DNA of 62,951 nt, the filler included, from Octopus bimaculoides (lineage: Eukaryota): assembly GCF_001194135.2 (NCBI RefSeq). It is 6 parts of 4 records of this genome, joined end to end, with 100 filler letters (N's around TTAATTAATTAA, not from the genome) between each part and the next. Parts side by side here need not be neighbours in the genome. Positions count along the whole stretch, not along the records: positions 23,866 to 43,547 come from NC_068983.1; positions 43,648 to 54,371 come from NC_068988.1; 4 more parts are not named here. One strand, written 5' to 3'. A program made the translations under genes and the position numbers. Shown here piece after piece: positions 37,051-49,150 of this stretch (the stretch's first letter is position 1; every line of letters begins with the position of its first letter). The notes below the pieces were generated by a model. It did not search any database. It was not told the origin of the DNA and was given only the letters and a program-made list of their open reading frames with translations.

Positions 37051-37413
37051 CCTATACGAGGTCTGATCAACAAGTATGCAGACTCTTGCCTTAGTAACGA
37101 AGCTAAAGCAGACTGAGTGAAGCCACTTGACAAAAATTGACCTTGAACTCCACTGTGCGTGTACACTACATTTCAATGTTCTAGCTCATTCCAGCTGTTT
37201 ACAGCAGTGCTTGGTAAGAAGGTGTGTAGCATGTGATCGTCGCATTGACCATAACAGAGAGAGTTGTCAAGGTGATACCTCCTCAGAGGCTTACACAAAG
37301 TCACAGAAAGTGTAAGGAGGAGTGTATAAGCTGCACACAAGTGTACAAGTGTTTCAGACATTATTTACATTATTTACATTTGACGGATATTTGTCCTCAT
37401 CTTGTTTGTTGTT

Positions 37414-37459
37414 AACACAATGTTTCGGCTGATATACCCTCCAGCCTTCGTCAGGTGTC
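37414..37459 (-). ncRNA. Hammerhead motif in left SINE arm (core intact, stem III mutated)
   Basis: GACAC-CUGACGA-A-GGCUG..CAGCC-GAAA-CAUU-GUGUU. Confidence 0.7.
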
Positions 37460-37766
37460 TTGGGGAAATTTCGAACCTGGGTTCTCATTCCTAACGATGT
37501 TACTATTGTTATATTATTATTATTATTACTATTATTATTCAGGTCGCTGCCGTGTATCGAACTCGGAATCTTGGGGTTAGTAGCCCGCGCTCTTAACCAC
37601 TACGCCATATGCGTAGTGGTTAAGAGCGGTTAAGAGCGCGGGCTACTAACCCCAGGATTCCGAGTTCGATTCACGGCAGCGACCTGATTAATAATAGTAA
37701 TAATAATAATAATATAATAATAGTAACATCTTTAGGAATGAGAACCCAGGTTCCAAAATTCCCCAA

Positions 37767-37812
37767 GACACATGACGAAGGCTGGAGGGTATATCAGCCG
37801 AAACGTTGTGTT
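37767..37812 (+). ncRNA. Hammerhead motif in right SINE arm (C3 changed to A, stem III palindrome intact)
   Basis: GACAC-AUGACGA-A-GGCUG..CAGCC-GAAA-CGUU-GUGUU. Confidence 0.7.
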
Positions 37813-40270
37813 AACAACAAACAAGATGAGGACAAATATCCGTCAAATGTAAATAATGTAAATAATTCCTCATCTCTTAAATATAGAACTGTATGTTTCA
37901 GACATTTCCAAGATGGCTGTAAAAATGTCGATATTGATGAATGTTCTGGAAGGTATGCAACCAGTAGAACTGAGAAAAACATCCTAGTGGTCTTCTTTAT
38001 ATATACATATACAATAATCCCTTGAGATCTCAGATATTTTTTCTGAATCTTTCTGATTCTTTTAATGTGCTTGCTTCCTGGTAATAAATAGATATTAATT
38101 AATATCTAATTTTTTACCCGAATGTTTTAATTTGATTAACCATAACCAAGTTCTCAAAGTGGATATATGCAACACAGAAACCATTTTTTGCAGAGATATT
38201 TCCGGAATTAGCACGCCAAAATGAAGACTTTTGAATCTTACCATTAAGTTGTAATTAGCAGAACCATACGTGCGTTTGCCACCAGTGGTGAACAACTTGT
38301 ATAAGATTCTGAGAATTATACTTTCCTTACAGTTCATGCTGACAAGAAACAGATATTTTCAGTTAGAGAATATTGATTTCAAAACTATAGTACATGGATA
38401 ATTTATATTTATGTAATTTTCACTGTCTTGCCCGCATACGTTTTGGTATTTCTCTGAATTCCATTTGAGAACAAGTAGGTCTTAGTAGACACATTACATG
38501 TGATCTTCTTCTAGCACATTAACAGTCCACCTAGTGGTCTTCTTTATATATACATATGTATATATATATGTATGTATGTAAGTATATATATATATATATA
38601 TTCATGTATGTATATATATATATATATATTCATATATGTATATATATATGCATATATATTTGATTAATAAATTCAAAATAGGATAAAAATCTTTTACAAG
38701 AATTTTATCAGGAAGCTAGTGTGTAAAAATATTCATAAGGGAAATTTTTATTCCCAAGAATATAATTATTCGTTTATATTTATATAAGGGCATTACTACA
38801 GAATAATGCCACACACCAGACTTCTCAAATAAACACATTTTAGTACCAAATGCGAGGAAAAGCAACCCTCAAAAGAAACCAACCTTTTTTAAAAATAAAC
38901 ACAAAAAACTCAACTATGTATCGACCGATTTCACGATTACCAGAATGAAATCTAGTTTCCGCTCGTCAGCATAGTATAGTGCCAAATATATATATATAAA
39001 TAAACAAAATCCTCACCTTACCAAAACGAACACCTTATGTATACAGTTAGGGACGGAATTCCCAAACCCTAAAACCCTAATCCTAACACCCTAGTGAAGA
39101 TTGTGCAGGTGTTAATCTGAAAAATTACCATTTTTTTCACCAAATAATTGAACTACCTAGAAGGTTTATTGAGTAGCACAGCAATTTATGCTTCCGATTA
39201 ACCTAGCAACAGTAAATGAAATTGAAGGCTGGTTATTGTGGAGGTCATTGTACTTTAATGATCATAGAACATATAAGTTTGCAAGCAATGCAAAGTAGAG
39301 CCATTGAAGTGTTTTGGGAGTAGATTATGGATAATGACTACAAAATATAGTGGTTTTACATGAAAACGAAATTTCTTGTCAGAAACAGCCACATAAATGG
39401 TGTAAGGAAATTAAAGGAAGACATTGAAACTTCCCCTCTGTGAGTTTATTTTATTAAACAGCAAAGGGAGCTATTTCTTCGGAGAGATAAGCTGACAAAA
39501 GCCCCTTTATTCTATCTTCCCATATAGCTTGCGCATAAACTAACAGCAAATGTTACATAAAGTTAAATTGGTATGGTGCTTTCTGAAAGATATGTATAGC
39601 TTTCACTAGTGGAAGCAAAACTTTTGTTTAAAGGTTGATTCTTTGGGATGAATATGTGATTGTTTAAAAAGTGCTAGAACGACAATGCTAAAACGTATTT
39701 GAAACAATGGACAACAGTTGAAATACCGTAACAGATGGGTAAATAAGCATCCTTAAAGTGAAACTGCGGTGTCAAAGGTAAACAAAGGTGTTAACAAATA
39801 GAAGAAAGGGAAGGGAGGGGAGCATTACTTTTCAAGTAACTCAGAATAGGTAAAGGTAAGCTTGCCAAAGTTTAATGCAGTTTAAATATGTAGATTAAAA
39901 TAGTTTGGTATTGGATATTCATCATGTACAGTGCTCCTAGTCAATTAAATCACCATTGTAGGTGGACAGCGGAAATAGACAAAATCCTTTTACTTTTATT
40001 AAAAAGATTAAAAAAGTATGTAAGACCCTACATACAAAATAATTGTGTCCATTTATGTTCAATTATGCAGGAGCTCTGGGCAAAATGTTATAGTACGTGA
40101 CTGTCGTTGGGACACAAGTAATGTGTGTGTAAAGTTTGATGAAAATCGGTTGAGAATTGTGGAAATGTATACATTAGTCATTATACACACACATATTGCG
40201 ATTTATATGTGCAGATATACATATCCATATATACATATGAATACACATATGTATAGACATATATGCATAT

Positions 40271-40274
<4 letters not shown>

Positions 40275-40301
<27 letters not shown>

Positions 40302-40432
40302 GTTTAACGTCCGCTTTCCATGCTAGCATGGGTTGGACGATTTGACTGAGGACTGGTGAAACCAGATGGCTACACCAGGCTCCAATCTGATTTGGCAGAG
40401 GTTCTACAGCTGGATGCCCTTCCTAACGCCAA
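40275..40432 (-). mobile_element. RTE LINE 3' terminal fragment
   Basis: (CAT)n plus near identity to 24075-24205. Confidence 0.85.
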
Positions 40433-40494
40433 AAATGTGTATAAGTATATATATATGCATGTGCATATATGTGTGGATATATATATATATAGAC

Positions 40495-40660
40495 AGAGAG
40501 CAGGCATGCCTCTGTGGTAAGAAGTTCACTTCTCAACCCCATGGTTCTAGATTCAATCCCACAGCATGCATTTTGGGCAAGTGCTTTCTACTATTGTCTC
40601 GGGCTGACCAAAATTTGTGAGTGGATTTCATAGACAGAAACTGAAAGAGTCCTGTCATAT
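40495..40660 (+). mobile_element. SINE family A head
   Basis: Similarity to 28618-28780. Confidence 0.7.
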
Positions 40661-40661
40661 A

Positions 40662-40744
40662 TTGGAGCCTGGTGTAGTCAAATCGTCCAACCCATGTTAG
40701 CATGGAAAGCAGACGTTAAACGACGATGATGATGATGATGATAA

Positions 40745-40745
<1 letters not shown>
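40662..40745 (+). mobile_element. RTE LINE extreme 3' fragment
   Basis: ..gcatggaaagcagacgttaaacgacgatgatgat. Confidence 0.75.
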
Positions 40746-40783
<38 letters not shown>

Positions 40784-40789
40784 AGTGTG

Positions 40790-40975
40790 TGTCTGACCCT
40801 CACCACCACTTGACAACCATTGTTAGTATATTTATGTACCTATAACATAGCAGTTCAGCCAAAGAATTTGTTAGTACTAGGCTTGAAATGAGTATTGACG
40901 TCAATTCATTGAAACAAAATTCTTCAAGGCAGTGCCCTAGCATGGTTGCAGTTAATGATTGAACAGTTAAAAGAT
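40790..40975 (+). mobile_element. SINE family A body module without head
   Basis: Similarity to 28810-29012. Confidence 0.65.
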
Positions 40976-40984
40976 GTATATATG

Positions 40985-41016
<32 letters not shown>

Positions 41017-41297
41017 TATACATGTATCTATTTCTGCGTGTAAGGGCGCATGGCCTAGTGGTTAGGGTGTTGTACTCACAGTCATATCACCTTGACACCT
41101 AACATGTGGTACACTGTGCACCTGTTTGGGCAATGTCGATTTGATGGCAGGAGTGAGCTAATGAACAGCACATACATTTGATCACAAGTCATTTGTATAG
41201 GTTGCTCAGCAAGAAATTGCAAAACTGTCTTTCTCGGACTACGAGAGACTACCATTATCATCATATATCTGTGAGTATATAAATATTTAAATATACA

Positions 41298-43380
41298 TCA
41301 TCATCATTATCATCATCATTTAATGTCCGGTGTACATGCTGGCATGGGTTGGATGGTTTGACCAGAGCTGTCAAGCTGGGGAGCTGCACCAGACTCCAGT
41401 CTGATTTGGAATGGTTTTCTACAGCTGGATGCCCTTCCTAATGCCAATCCCTGAGTGGGTAATGGGTGCTTTTACATGCCACTAGCACATGTACCATTTG
41501 CATGACACCAGTATCTGCTACAACTGCCATCGTGCTTGGCTTGATGGGTCATCTACTCAAGCATGACATAATGCCAAAGGTCTCAGTCATTGCTCCTATG
41601 AGGCCCAGCACTTGAAAGGGACTCAGCCACTTTGCCTCTGTGAGGCCCAACACTTGAAAGGTATTGTTTACATGCCATTGGCATGAGTGCCAGTTATGTG
41701 ACACCAACATCAGCCATGATTACAATTTTGCTTGGCTTGACAGGTCTTCTCAAGCAAAGCATGTTGCCAAAGGTATCAGTCACTAGTCATTGCCTCTGTG
41801 AGGCTCAAAGTTCGAAGATCATGCTTCACCACTTCATCCCCTGTCTTCCTGGGTCTATCTTTACCACAAGCTCCCTCCACAGTTGGAGGTCAGTACTTCT
41901 TTATACAGCTGTCCTCATCCATACACATCACATGACCATACCAGTGCAGTTGTCTCTCTTGCAAATCACATCTGATGCCTCTTACACCTAACTTTTCTGT
42001 CAAGATGCTTACACTCTGTCAAACTCTTGCACATCCAGCGAAGTATACTGGCCTTATTTCTGTCCAGCCTATATATGTCCTCGGCTGTCACAGCTCATGT
42101 TTCACTGCCGTGTAGCATAGCTGTTCGCATACAGGTAACATACAATCTGCCTTTCATTCTGAGAGAGAGACCCTTTGTTGCCAGCAGAGGTAGGAGCTTT
42201 CTGAACTTTGCCTAGCTTAATGTTATTCTCACAGCTATCCTCTCAGAGCATCCACCTCTACTACTAACGTGGTCATCTAGATAATGGAAGTTATCTACTA
42301 CCTCTGACTTGACCCCCTGACAGTTGATGGAGTCTATTTTCTGCACATTTTCAGCATTTATTGTACCTGTGCATCTTCCACATACAAAAGTTAGTTTTCC
42401 TGTTAATCTTCCTCTGATATTGCTGCACATTTTATGTGCCCAAAGCTTACACTGGGTGCATCTTATGGAGTTTCTACCTATGTCTTTTCTACAAATCAAA
42501 CAGGACCATCTACCTGAAGAGATTTGTGATCTGTCTGCCTTCCTACTTACTAAGACTTTGGTTTTCGCTAGGTTAACTCTAAGGCCCTTCAATTCTAGAC
42601 CTTGCTTCCATACCTGGAACTTCTCTAGTTCTGGTAGTGATTCATTAATAAGAGCAAGGTCTTCAGCATAGAGGATATCCCAGGGGCAGCCTGTCTTAAA
42701 TTCCTCTGTTATTGCCTGGAAGACTATGATGAACAAGAGGGGGATGAGCAATGATCCTTGGTGAACCCCTACTTGTACCCTGAATTCTTTGCTGTGCTGA
42801 TTGTCAATCATCACCTTACTAGTAGCATCCCTGTACATAGCTTGTACAGCTCTCACCAACCTCTCATCTATCCCTAGTTTCCACATTGACCACCAGATAA
42901 TGAATCGGGGGACCCTGTCAAAAGCTTTCTCCATGTCAAGAAAGGCCAAGTGAGGTTTATCTTTGGCTGTATTTCTCTTGCAGCTGCCTTACCAGAAATA
43001 TAGCATCAGTGGTGCTTCTGCCTGGCACACGAGCACACTGGATCTCATCTAGGCTAACCCTCTCCCTAATTAGTTGAGCTATGACCCTCTGTAACATTCA
43101 TCACCTGATCCAACAATTTGATAATTCTGTAATTATTTCTAAGGCATCATCTTTACCTTTGTAGCAGTTGACTATGGTGCTGCTACACCAGTCATTGTGT
43201 ATGACTCCTTTGTGAACCACCTGATTTACAATACAGGTAACTATGCCATAATCCACAATGCCAGATATTTTAAGCACCTCAGTGGTGATTCCTGCAGGAC
43301 CAGGGACTTTCCCTGTCTTCATATCCTTAATTATTTTATCTACCAAGGTATTATCAATTTGGATAGCTGGTGTTATATGG
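41298..43380 (-). mobile_element. RTE-clade LINE, degenerate (pre-RT through 3' tail)
   Basis: IKDMKTGKVPGPAGITTEVLK..AFLDMEKAFD..VGVHQGS..ILYAEDLAL..NFHYLDD; (CAT)n tail at 41298-41320. Confidence 0.92.
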
Positions 43381-43382
43381 AC

Positions 43383-43544
43383 TGTTAGATATGTAATTCT
43401 ATATATGGCGGACATGACTTTTGTTTATTCATAACGAACATTGGGTGAGTGCGTTCTTTGTATGTAATTGAATAATAAATGTAATAATTAAATTTGTATA
43501 ACTCGTTGTGTTATCTCTACGAGTCTTCCGAGGGAAACATAACA
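43383..43544 (+). mobile_element. Possible solo LTR
   Basis: TGTTA...TAACA termini and internal AATAAA; no TSD found. Confidence 0.35.
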
Positions 43545-43547
43545 GCT

Positions 43548-43647
43548 NNNNNNNNNNNNNNNNNNNNNNNNNNNNNNNNNNNNNNNNNNNNTTAATTAAT
43601 TAANNNNNNNNNNNNNNNNNNNNNNNNNNNNNNNNNNNNNNNNNNNN
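43548..43647. other. Artificial scaffold spacer
   Basis: N44-TTAATTAATTAA-N44. Confidence 0.95.
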
Positions 43648-44564
43648 TATATATATATATATATATTAATGGTAAAATATCTTTTTACCCGCACCTATTT
43701 ATTGCACTTGGTAATACAAAGAAAAAACACTAGTGTAATGATAATTGGGTATTCTTCCGGCAGTATATTGGATAGATATTATCCCTTAGTTGGTTGGATT
43801 CACAACCCCTAACTTTCTTGGATATATATATATAATTTATTGAACCTGAAAATATTTCGCTAACTGTTATTCGGAGATTGAAGTAACCGATCATAGTACA
43901 ACCGAATTTAGAGCAATACTATGGTATAAAAGAAATGATTAGTATGTATAAACGGTGTAGTAATTAATATTTAGTAACTCATTGAATAAACAACTAAAAG
44001 CTGATTGGACTAGGCAGGGCACTTTTAGAAAAACACGAATACGTTAAATGAAAAACAATTGACCGTAACGGAAAAAGCAACAAATTCCATTATAATCGTA
44101 ACCTACATCATCTGAAATATATTTGTAGACTATTTCGTTAATAAATACACTCATTTTTAAGAAAGGTAATGCTTAAACAAATCAATGAGGGTGTGCCACA
44201 CTGGTGGAGTTATGACTCGTAAAATATAATAAGCAACAATACAATATGATAAATACGATAAATTTATTTTAATCGTGACTATATCCATATCGAGAAGCGA
44301 GATGCATGGAACATAATTTATGTATTACGCAACACAAACTTTGAACAAAATAATGTTTTTCGATGTTTATAAGTATGTCGCAATACCATTCTGCTGACAT
44401 TAATTTTTTATCTTTTATGCTTCACTCGTTTCAGGCATTGGACTGCGACCGTGCTAGAGCAACACCTTGGGGAGTTTAGTCGAACAAACAGACGCCTGTT
44501 CTTGTTTCTAAAGTCTGTTACTTATTCTGCCTTTCTCATTTGCTGACCTGCTAAGTTACAGGAG

Positions 44565-45115
44565 TGGAGGCGCAATGGCCCAGTGGTTAGGCCAGCGGGG
44601 TCGCGGTCTTAGGATCGCGGTTTCGATTCCCAGACCGGGTATTGTGAGTGTTTATTGAGCGAAAACACCTAAAGCTCCACGAGGCTCCGGCAGGGGATGG
44701 TGGCGAACCCTGCTGTACTCTTTTGCCACAACTCTCTCTCACTCTTACTTCCTGTTTCTGTTGTGCCTGTAATTCAAAGGGTCAGCCTTGTCACACTGTA
44801 TCACGCTGAATATCCCTGAGAACTACGTTAAGGGTACACGTGTCTGTGGAGTGCTNNNNNNNNNNNNNNNNNNNNNNNNNNNNNNNNNNNNNNNNNNNNN
44901 NNNNNNNNNNNNNNNNNNNNNNNNNNNNNNNNNNNNNNNNNNNNNNNNNNNNNNNNNNNNNNNNNNNNNNNNNNNNNNNNNNNNNNNNNNNNNNNNNNNN
45001 NNNNNNNNNNNNNNNNNNNNNNNNNNNNNNNNNNNTTAATTTCACGAGCAGGCTGTTCCGTTGATCGGATCAGCTGGAACCCTCGACGTCGGAACCGACG
45101 GAGTGCCAACAACAA
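44565..45115 (+). mobile_element. tRNA-derived SINE family B (contains N gap)
   Basis: tggaggcgcaatggcccagtggttagg..tttcgattcccagaccggg..gacggagtgcca, as 47229-47615. Confidence 0.85.
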
Positions 45116-45185
45116 GTTACGGGAACGTAAACAAACCACATCGGTTGTCAAGCGGTGGAGGAGGACAAACACAAAGAGGGCAGAC

Positions 45186-45314
<129 letters not shown>

Positions 45315-45620
45315 GAGAGATATCAAGCGATCACGTGAGCGACCAGACTATCAGATGCTGTTATACATCGCTGGCCACAATGCGCTATGCATTGTTTTAG
45401 CCTTCAAATGAAGCCACACCGCCTTTGTTCTAAAGCCTTTCCGGATTATTGACTTTTTCCCGAAGCGGTGGCATGGTCTTCACTTTGGCCAACACCCTCC
45501 AAATTGGGCAACTATAAAATTTACTCAAAGAATTAAATGAAATACAAGTACCTATATTAGGTACAAATTAGTGCGGATTATAAGAGGTTCGGGACCATCT
45601 AAGTCCGGAAATTCGGTGTT

Positions 45621-45656
<36 letters not shown>

Positions 45657-45721
45657 CTTCCAAAATCGATAAATTAAGTACCAGTCAAGTACTGGATACT
45701 TGAACCTATTTTGGAAATTAT

Positions 45722-45918
45722 TAATCGTTAGTACGCCGGGCGAAATGCTTAGCGGTATTTCGTCTGTCTTTATGTTCTGAGTTCAAATTCCGCCGTGGTT
45801 GACTTTGCCTTTCATCCTTTCGCGGTTGATAAATTAAGTACCAGTTACGTACTGGTATCGATCTAATCGACTGGCCCCCTCCCCCAAAATTTCGAGCCTT
45901 GTGCCTAGAGTAGAAAAG
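45722..45918 (+). mobile_element. SINE family C (possibly MetaSINE-like)
   Basis: Contains ctttgcctttcatcctttc..gataaattaagtacc core; superfamily assignment from memory. Confidence 0.75.
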
Positions 45919-45971
<53 letters not shown>

Positions 45972-45975
<4 letters not shown>

Positions 45976-46277
45976 TAGTTTTATTTTTATAACGTGCTTT
46001 CACTTCACTACCGAGCGCAGCTCTGTGTGCCTTGGGTATGTGTTGTGGTTTGCTGTGATGCTCTTATGGTTACTGTATTGAAAGTGTTTTGCGTAGGACG
46101 TGTGCTGTGCCCAGTAGTGCAATTTTCTGTATGTTATATATATTTGTAAGTCCTGGTGTTTTTGTTATGTATTTGTCTGAATATGTTTTTATTATACCTA
46201 AGGCACCTACTATGATAGGAATTGTTTCTGTTTTTAGATTCCACATTCGAGTTACCTCTATTTCCAGGTCTTTGTAT

Positions 46278-46280
<3 letters not shown>
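45972..46280 (-). mobile_element. R4/Dong LINE 3' fragment inserted in (AAT)n
   Basis: KYKDLEIEVTRMWNLKTETIPIIVGALG..NIQKIALLGTAHVLRKTL*; (TAT)n on both sides. Confidence 0.88.
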
Positions 46281-46327
<47 letters not shown>

Positions 46328-46467
46328 CATCATCATCATTATTATTATTATTTCATACTTTCGGGTTTGATAAATTAAGTACTAGTGAAGCACTGGGGTC
46401 GATGTAATCGACTAGCTCCTCCTACAAAAGTTCAGGCCTTGTACCTATAGTAGGAAGGATAATTACT

Positions 46468-46683
46468 GTTAGGCGACGAGCTAGCAGAATCGTTAGCACA
46501 CTGGACGAAATGCTTAGCGGTATTTCATCTGTCTGCACGATCTTGGTTCAAATTCTGCCAAGGTCGACTTTGCCTTTCATCCTTTCAGAACCGATAAAAT
46601 AAGTACCAGTGAAACACTGGGGTCGATATAATCAACTAGTCCCCTCCCCTAAAATTCCAAGCCTTGTGTTTTTGGTAGACAGG
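46468..46683 (+). mobile_element. SINE family C, full length
   Basis: aggcgacgagctagcagaatcgttagc..ttcatcctttc..gataaaataagtacc. Confidence 0.8.
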
Positions 46684-47005
46684 ATTATTATTATTATTAT
46701 TATTATTATTATTGTTGTTGTTGTTGTTGTTGTTATACTTTATTATTCATGCATTAAAATTTTAGCATTTCACCAATATAGATATTGCATCGTACCTATC
46801 TTTATATACTGCTTGGGTTCCGTGTTGTAACTGATTGAATTGCATGCAGAAAGGGATATATTTAATCAAACGAAATGAAAGCGATAAGAAAAATTGAAAT
46901 CACACACGCATGCACAATCACGCCACTATTATCTTTCTACTTTGGACACTCCTTAGTTCTTCAACGAACTGGTAATTAATAATATCCTTGATTAAGGATA
47001 GTCTT

Positions 47006-47115
<110 letters not shown>

Positions 47116-47228
47116 ACGTTATAGTTATCTCACACGGAACTCTTTACACAATAACATATGAACTACATGCTTAGCTCTTTTAGAAACAGCTGTTAAAGAG
47201 ACTTTAAGTATTTATCATAACTACTCTG

Positions 47229-47615
47229 TGTGGAGGCGCAATGGCCCAGTGGTTAGGGCAGCGAACTCGCGGTCGTAGGATCGCGGTTTCGATTCCCAGA
47301 CCGGGCGTTGTGAGTGTTTATTGAGCGAAAACACCTAAAGCTCCACGAGGCTCCGGCAGGGAATGGTGGCGAACCCTGCTGTACTCTTTCACCACAACTT
47401 CCTCTCACTCTTTCTTCCTGTTTCTGTTGTACCTGTAATTCAAAGGGTCAGCCTTGTCATACTCTGTGTCACGCTGAACCTCCCTGAGAACTACGTTAAA
47501 AGTACACGTGTCTGTGGAGTGCTCAGCCACTTGCACGTTAATTTCACGAGCAGGCTGTTCCGCTGATCGGATCAACTGGAACCCTCGACGTCGTAAGCGA
47601 CGGAGTGCCAACCAC
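47229..47615 (+). mobile_element. tRNA-derived SINE family B, full length, with 13-bp TSD
   Basis: TSD cataactactctg at 47216-47228 and 47616-47628; A and B boxes present. Confidence 0.9.
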
Positions 47616-47697
47616 CATAACTACTCTGCATTACATTTAAATTATAAATCAAATGCTTTAAAGTGATACTACATGTTTTGTTTGTTTATCCTCCATT

Positions 47698-48040
47698 TCT
47701 GCGCATGGGTCGGTGGTTAGAGCATCGGGTTCACAATTATAAGGTAGTGAGTTCGATTCCCGAATCGGGCTGTGTATTGTGTTCTTGAGCAAGACACTTT
47801 ATTTCGCGTTGCACCAATTTACTCAGCTGTAGAAATGAGATACGACGTCACTAGTGCCAAGCTGTAACTGCCTTTGCCTTTCTATTGGGTAACATCGGCG
47901 GCGTAGAGAAGGGACGCTGGTATGTATGGTATGTATGAAGGTAGTCTTCCATAAAACAACCTTGCCCGGACTTGTGCCTCGAAAGAGGAACTTTCTAGGT
48001 ACAATCCTATAGTCATTCATGACGAAAAGGGATCTTTACC
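47698..48040 (+). mobile_element. tRNA-derived SINE family E
   Basis: tgggtcggtggttagagc..gagttcgattccc..gttcttgagcaagacacttt; inverse copy at 60432-60770. Confidence 0.8.
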
Positions 48041-48834
48041 CTATCTTCAATTTCTAATACATATATATATATATCTTCAATTTCTAATATATATATATAT
48101 ATATATATGTGTGGGTGTGTGTGTATGTGTGTGTATATAACTGTGTATGGTTGTGGACTTTTGTATTTGTATGTGCGTCTCACCGCTCGTCAACCTGCGT
48201 TTAAAATGAAATATACTTAAGAATAAAAATACTGGAGTCGATTTGATCGACTAGAACTTTCGAGGCGGTGTCCCAGCTTGGCCGCGGCTCTATGACTGAA
48301 ACAAGAAAAGAGAATGAAAAAAATACATATCAACACAAATGAACAAACACAAATGTATCGAGGGTTCCAGAAAAAAAAAAAAATTCTTTACCCCGCTCCC
48401 CCACCCTCTCTATCGTGTTGCGAGGGGTTTTATACAAATGTGATCATAGAACACCAGCTGTCTACTTAACATTCGCATATTTTCCCATTATGCATCATTA
48501 GTCCTGCGTGAACAAAAAAAAACTGACAAGGGCGGATAAATGCTTCTTTGTATATCAATATGAGGTGTTATTGATGTTCTTATNNNNNNNNNNNNNNNNN
48601 NNNNNNNNNNNNNNNNNNNNNNNNNNNNNNNNNNNNNNNNNNNNNNNNNNNNNNNNNNNNNNNNNNNNNNNNNNNNNNNNNNNNNNNNNNNNNNNNNNNN
48701 NNAGGTGTGCGCGCTTGTGTAAATGTGTGTGTATTAATACATGCTTCATGTTTCTCAGAGCGTATATTACTGTGTGTGTGTGTTGTGCCTAACCCTCTGG
48801 GTTAATGCTTGCTTGTATATGTGTGTATTCCTAT

Positions 48835-48892
<58 letters not shown>

Positions 48893-49076
48893 AATCCGCG
48901 CGCGCACACACAAGCCCAAACACACATACACATGTCAGCATTAATGTTTGTCTTACTGTATATATTTACGTTAGAGTTTTTTGTACTTTTTGTTCGTTAT
49001 GGTGTATGCAAATGTATTTTGCTTCTATACATTGGTGTCTATATAACAAATAATGCGTATATATATGTAGATATTA

Positions 49077-49150
<74 letters not shown>
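49077..49150. repeat. (AGAT)n microsatellite
   Basis: Direct reading. Confidence 0.97.

Larger units (their letters stand above)
37361..37893. mobile_element. Head-to-head inverted dimer of a tRNA-headed SINE carrying a hammerhead motif; 13-bp TSD
   Basis: Arms about 37361-37612 (-) and 37611-37893 (+); A box TGGCGTAGTGG, B box GAGTTCGATTC; TSD tgtttcagacatt at 37350-37362 and 37894-37906. Confidence 0.88.
37057..37990 (+). mobile_element. Mariner 5' remnant, split by the inverted hammerhead-SINE dimer
   Basis: TIR-like cgaggtctgatcaa after TA; ..SCTQVYKCFRH resumes as FQDGCKNVDIDECSGRYATSRTEKN (mariner N-terminal helix-turn-helix region). Confidence 0.75.

Noticed and set aside
37540-37690. 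tRNA-like sequences with A and B boxes (also heads at 44565, 47229, 47698, 41043)
   Set aside because: No complete acceptor stem or cloverleaf seen; they are SINE heads, not tRNA genes.
38945-38975. CUGACGA-GCG-GAAA on the minus strand
   Set aside because: Three nucleotides cannot form stem II and there is no valid NUH site with stem I.
39060-39095. aaaccctaaaaccctaatcctaacaccctag, telomere-like
   Set aside because: Only about four degenerate units; common by chance or inside non-autonomous elements.
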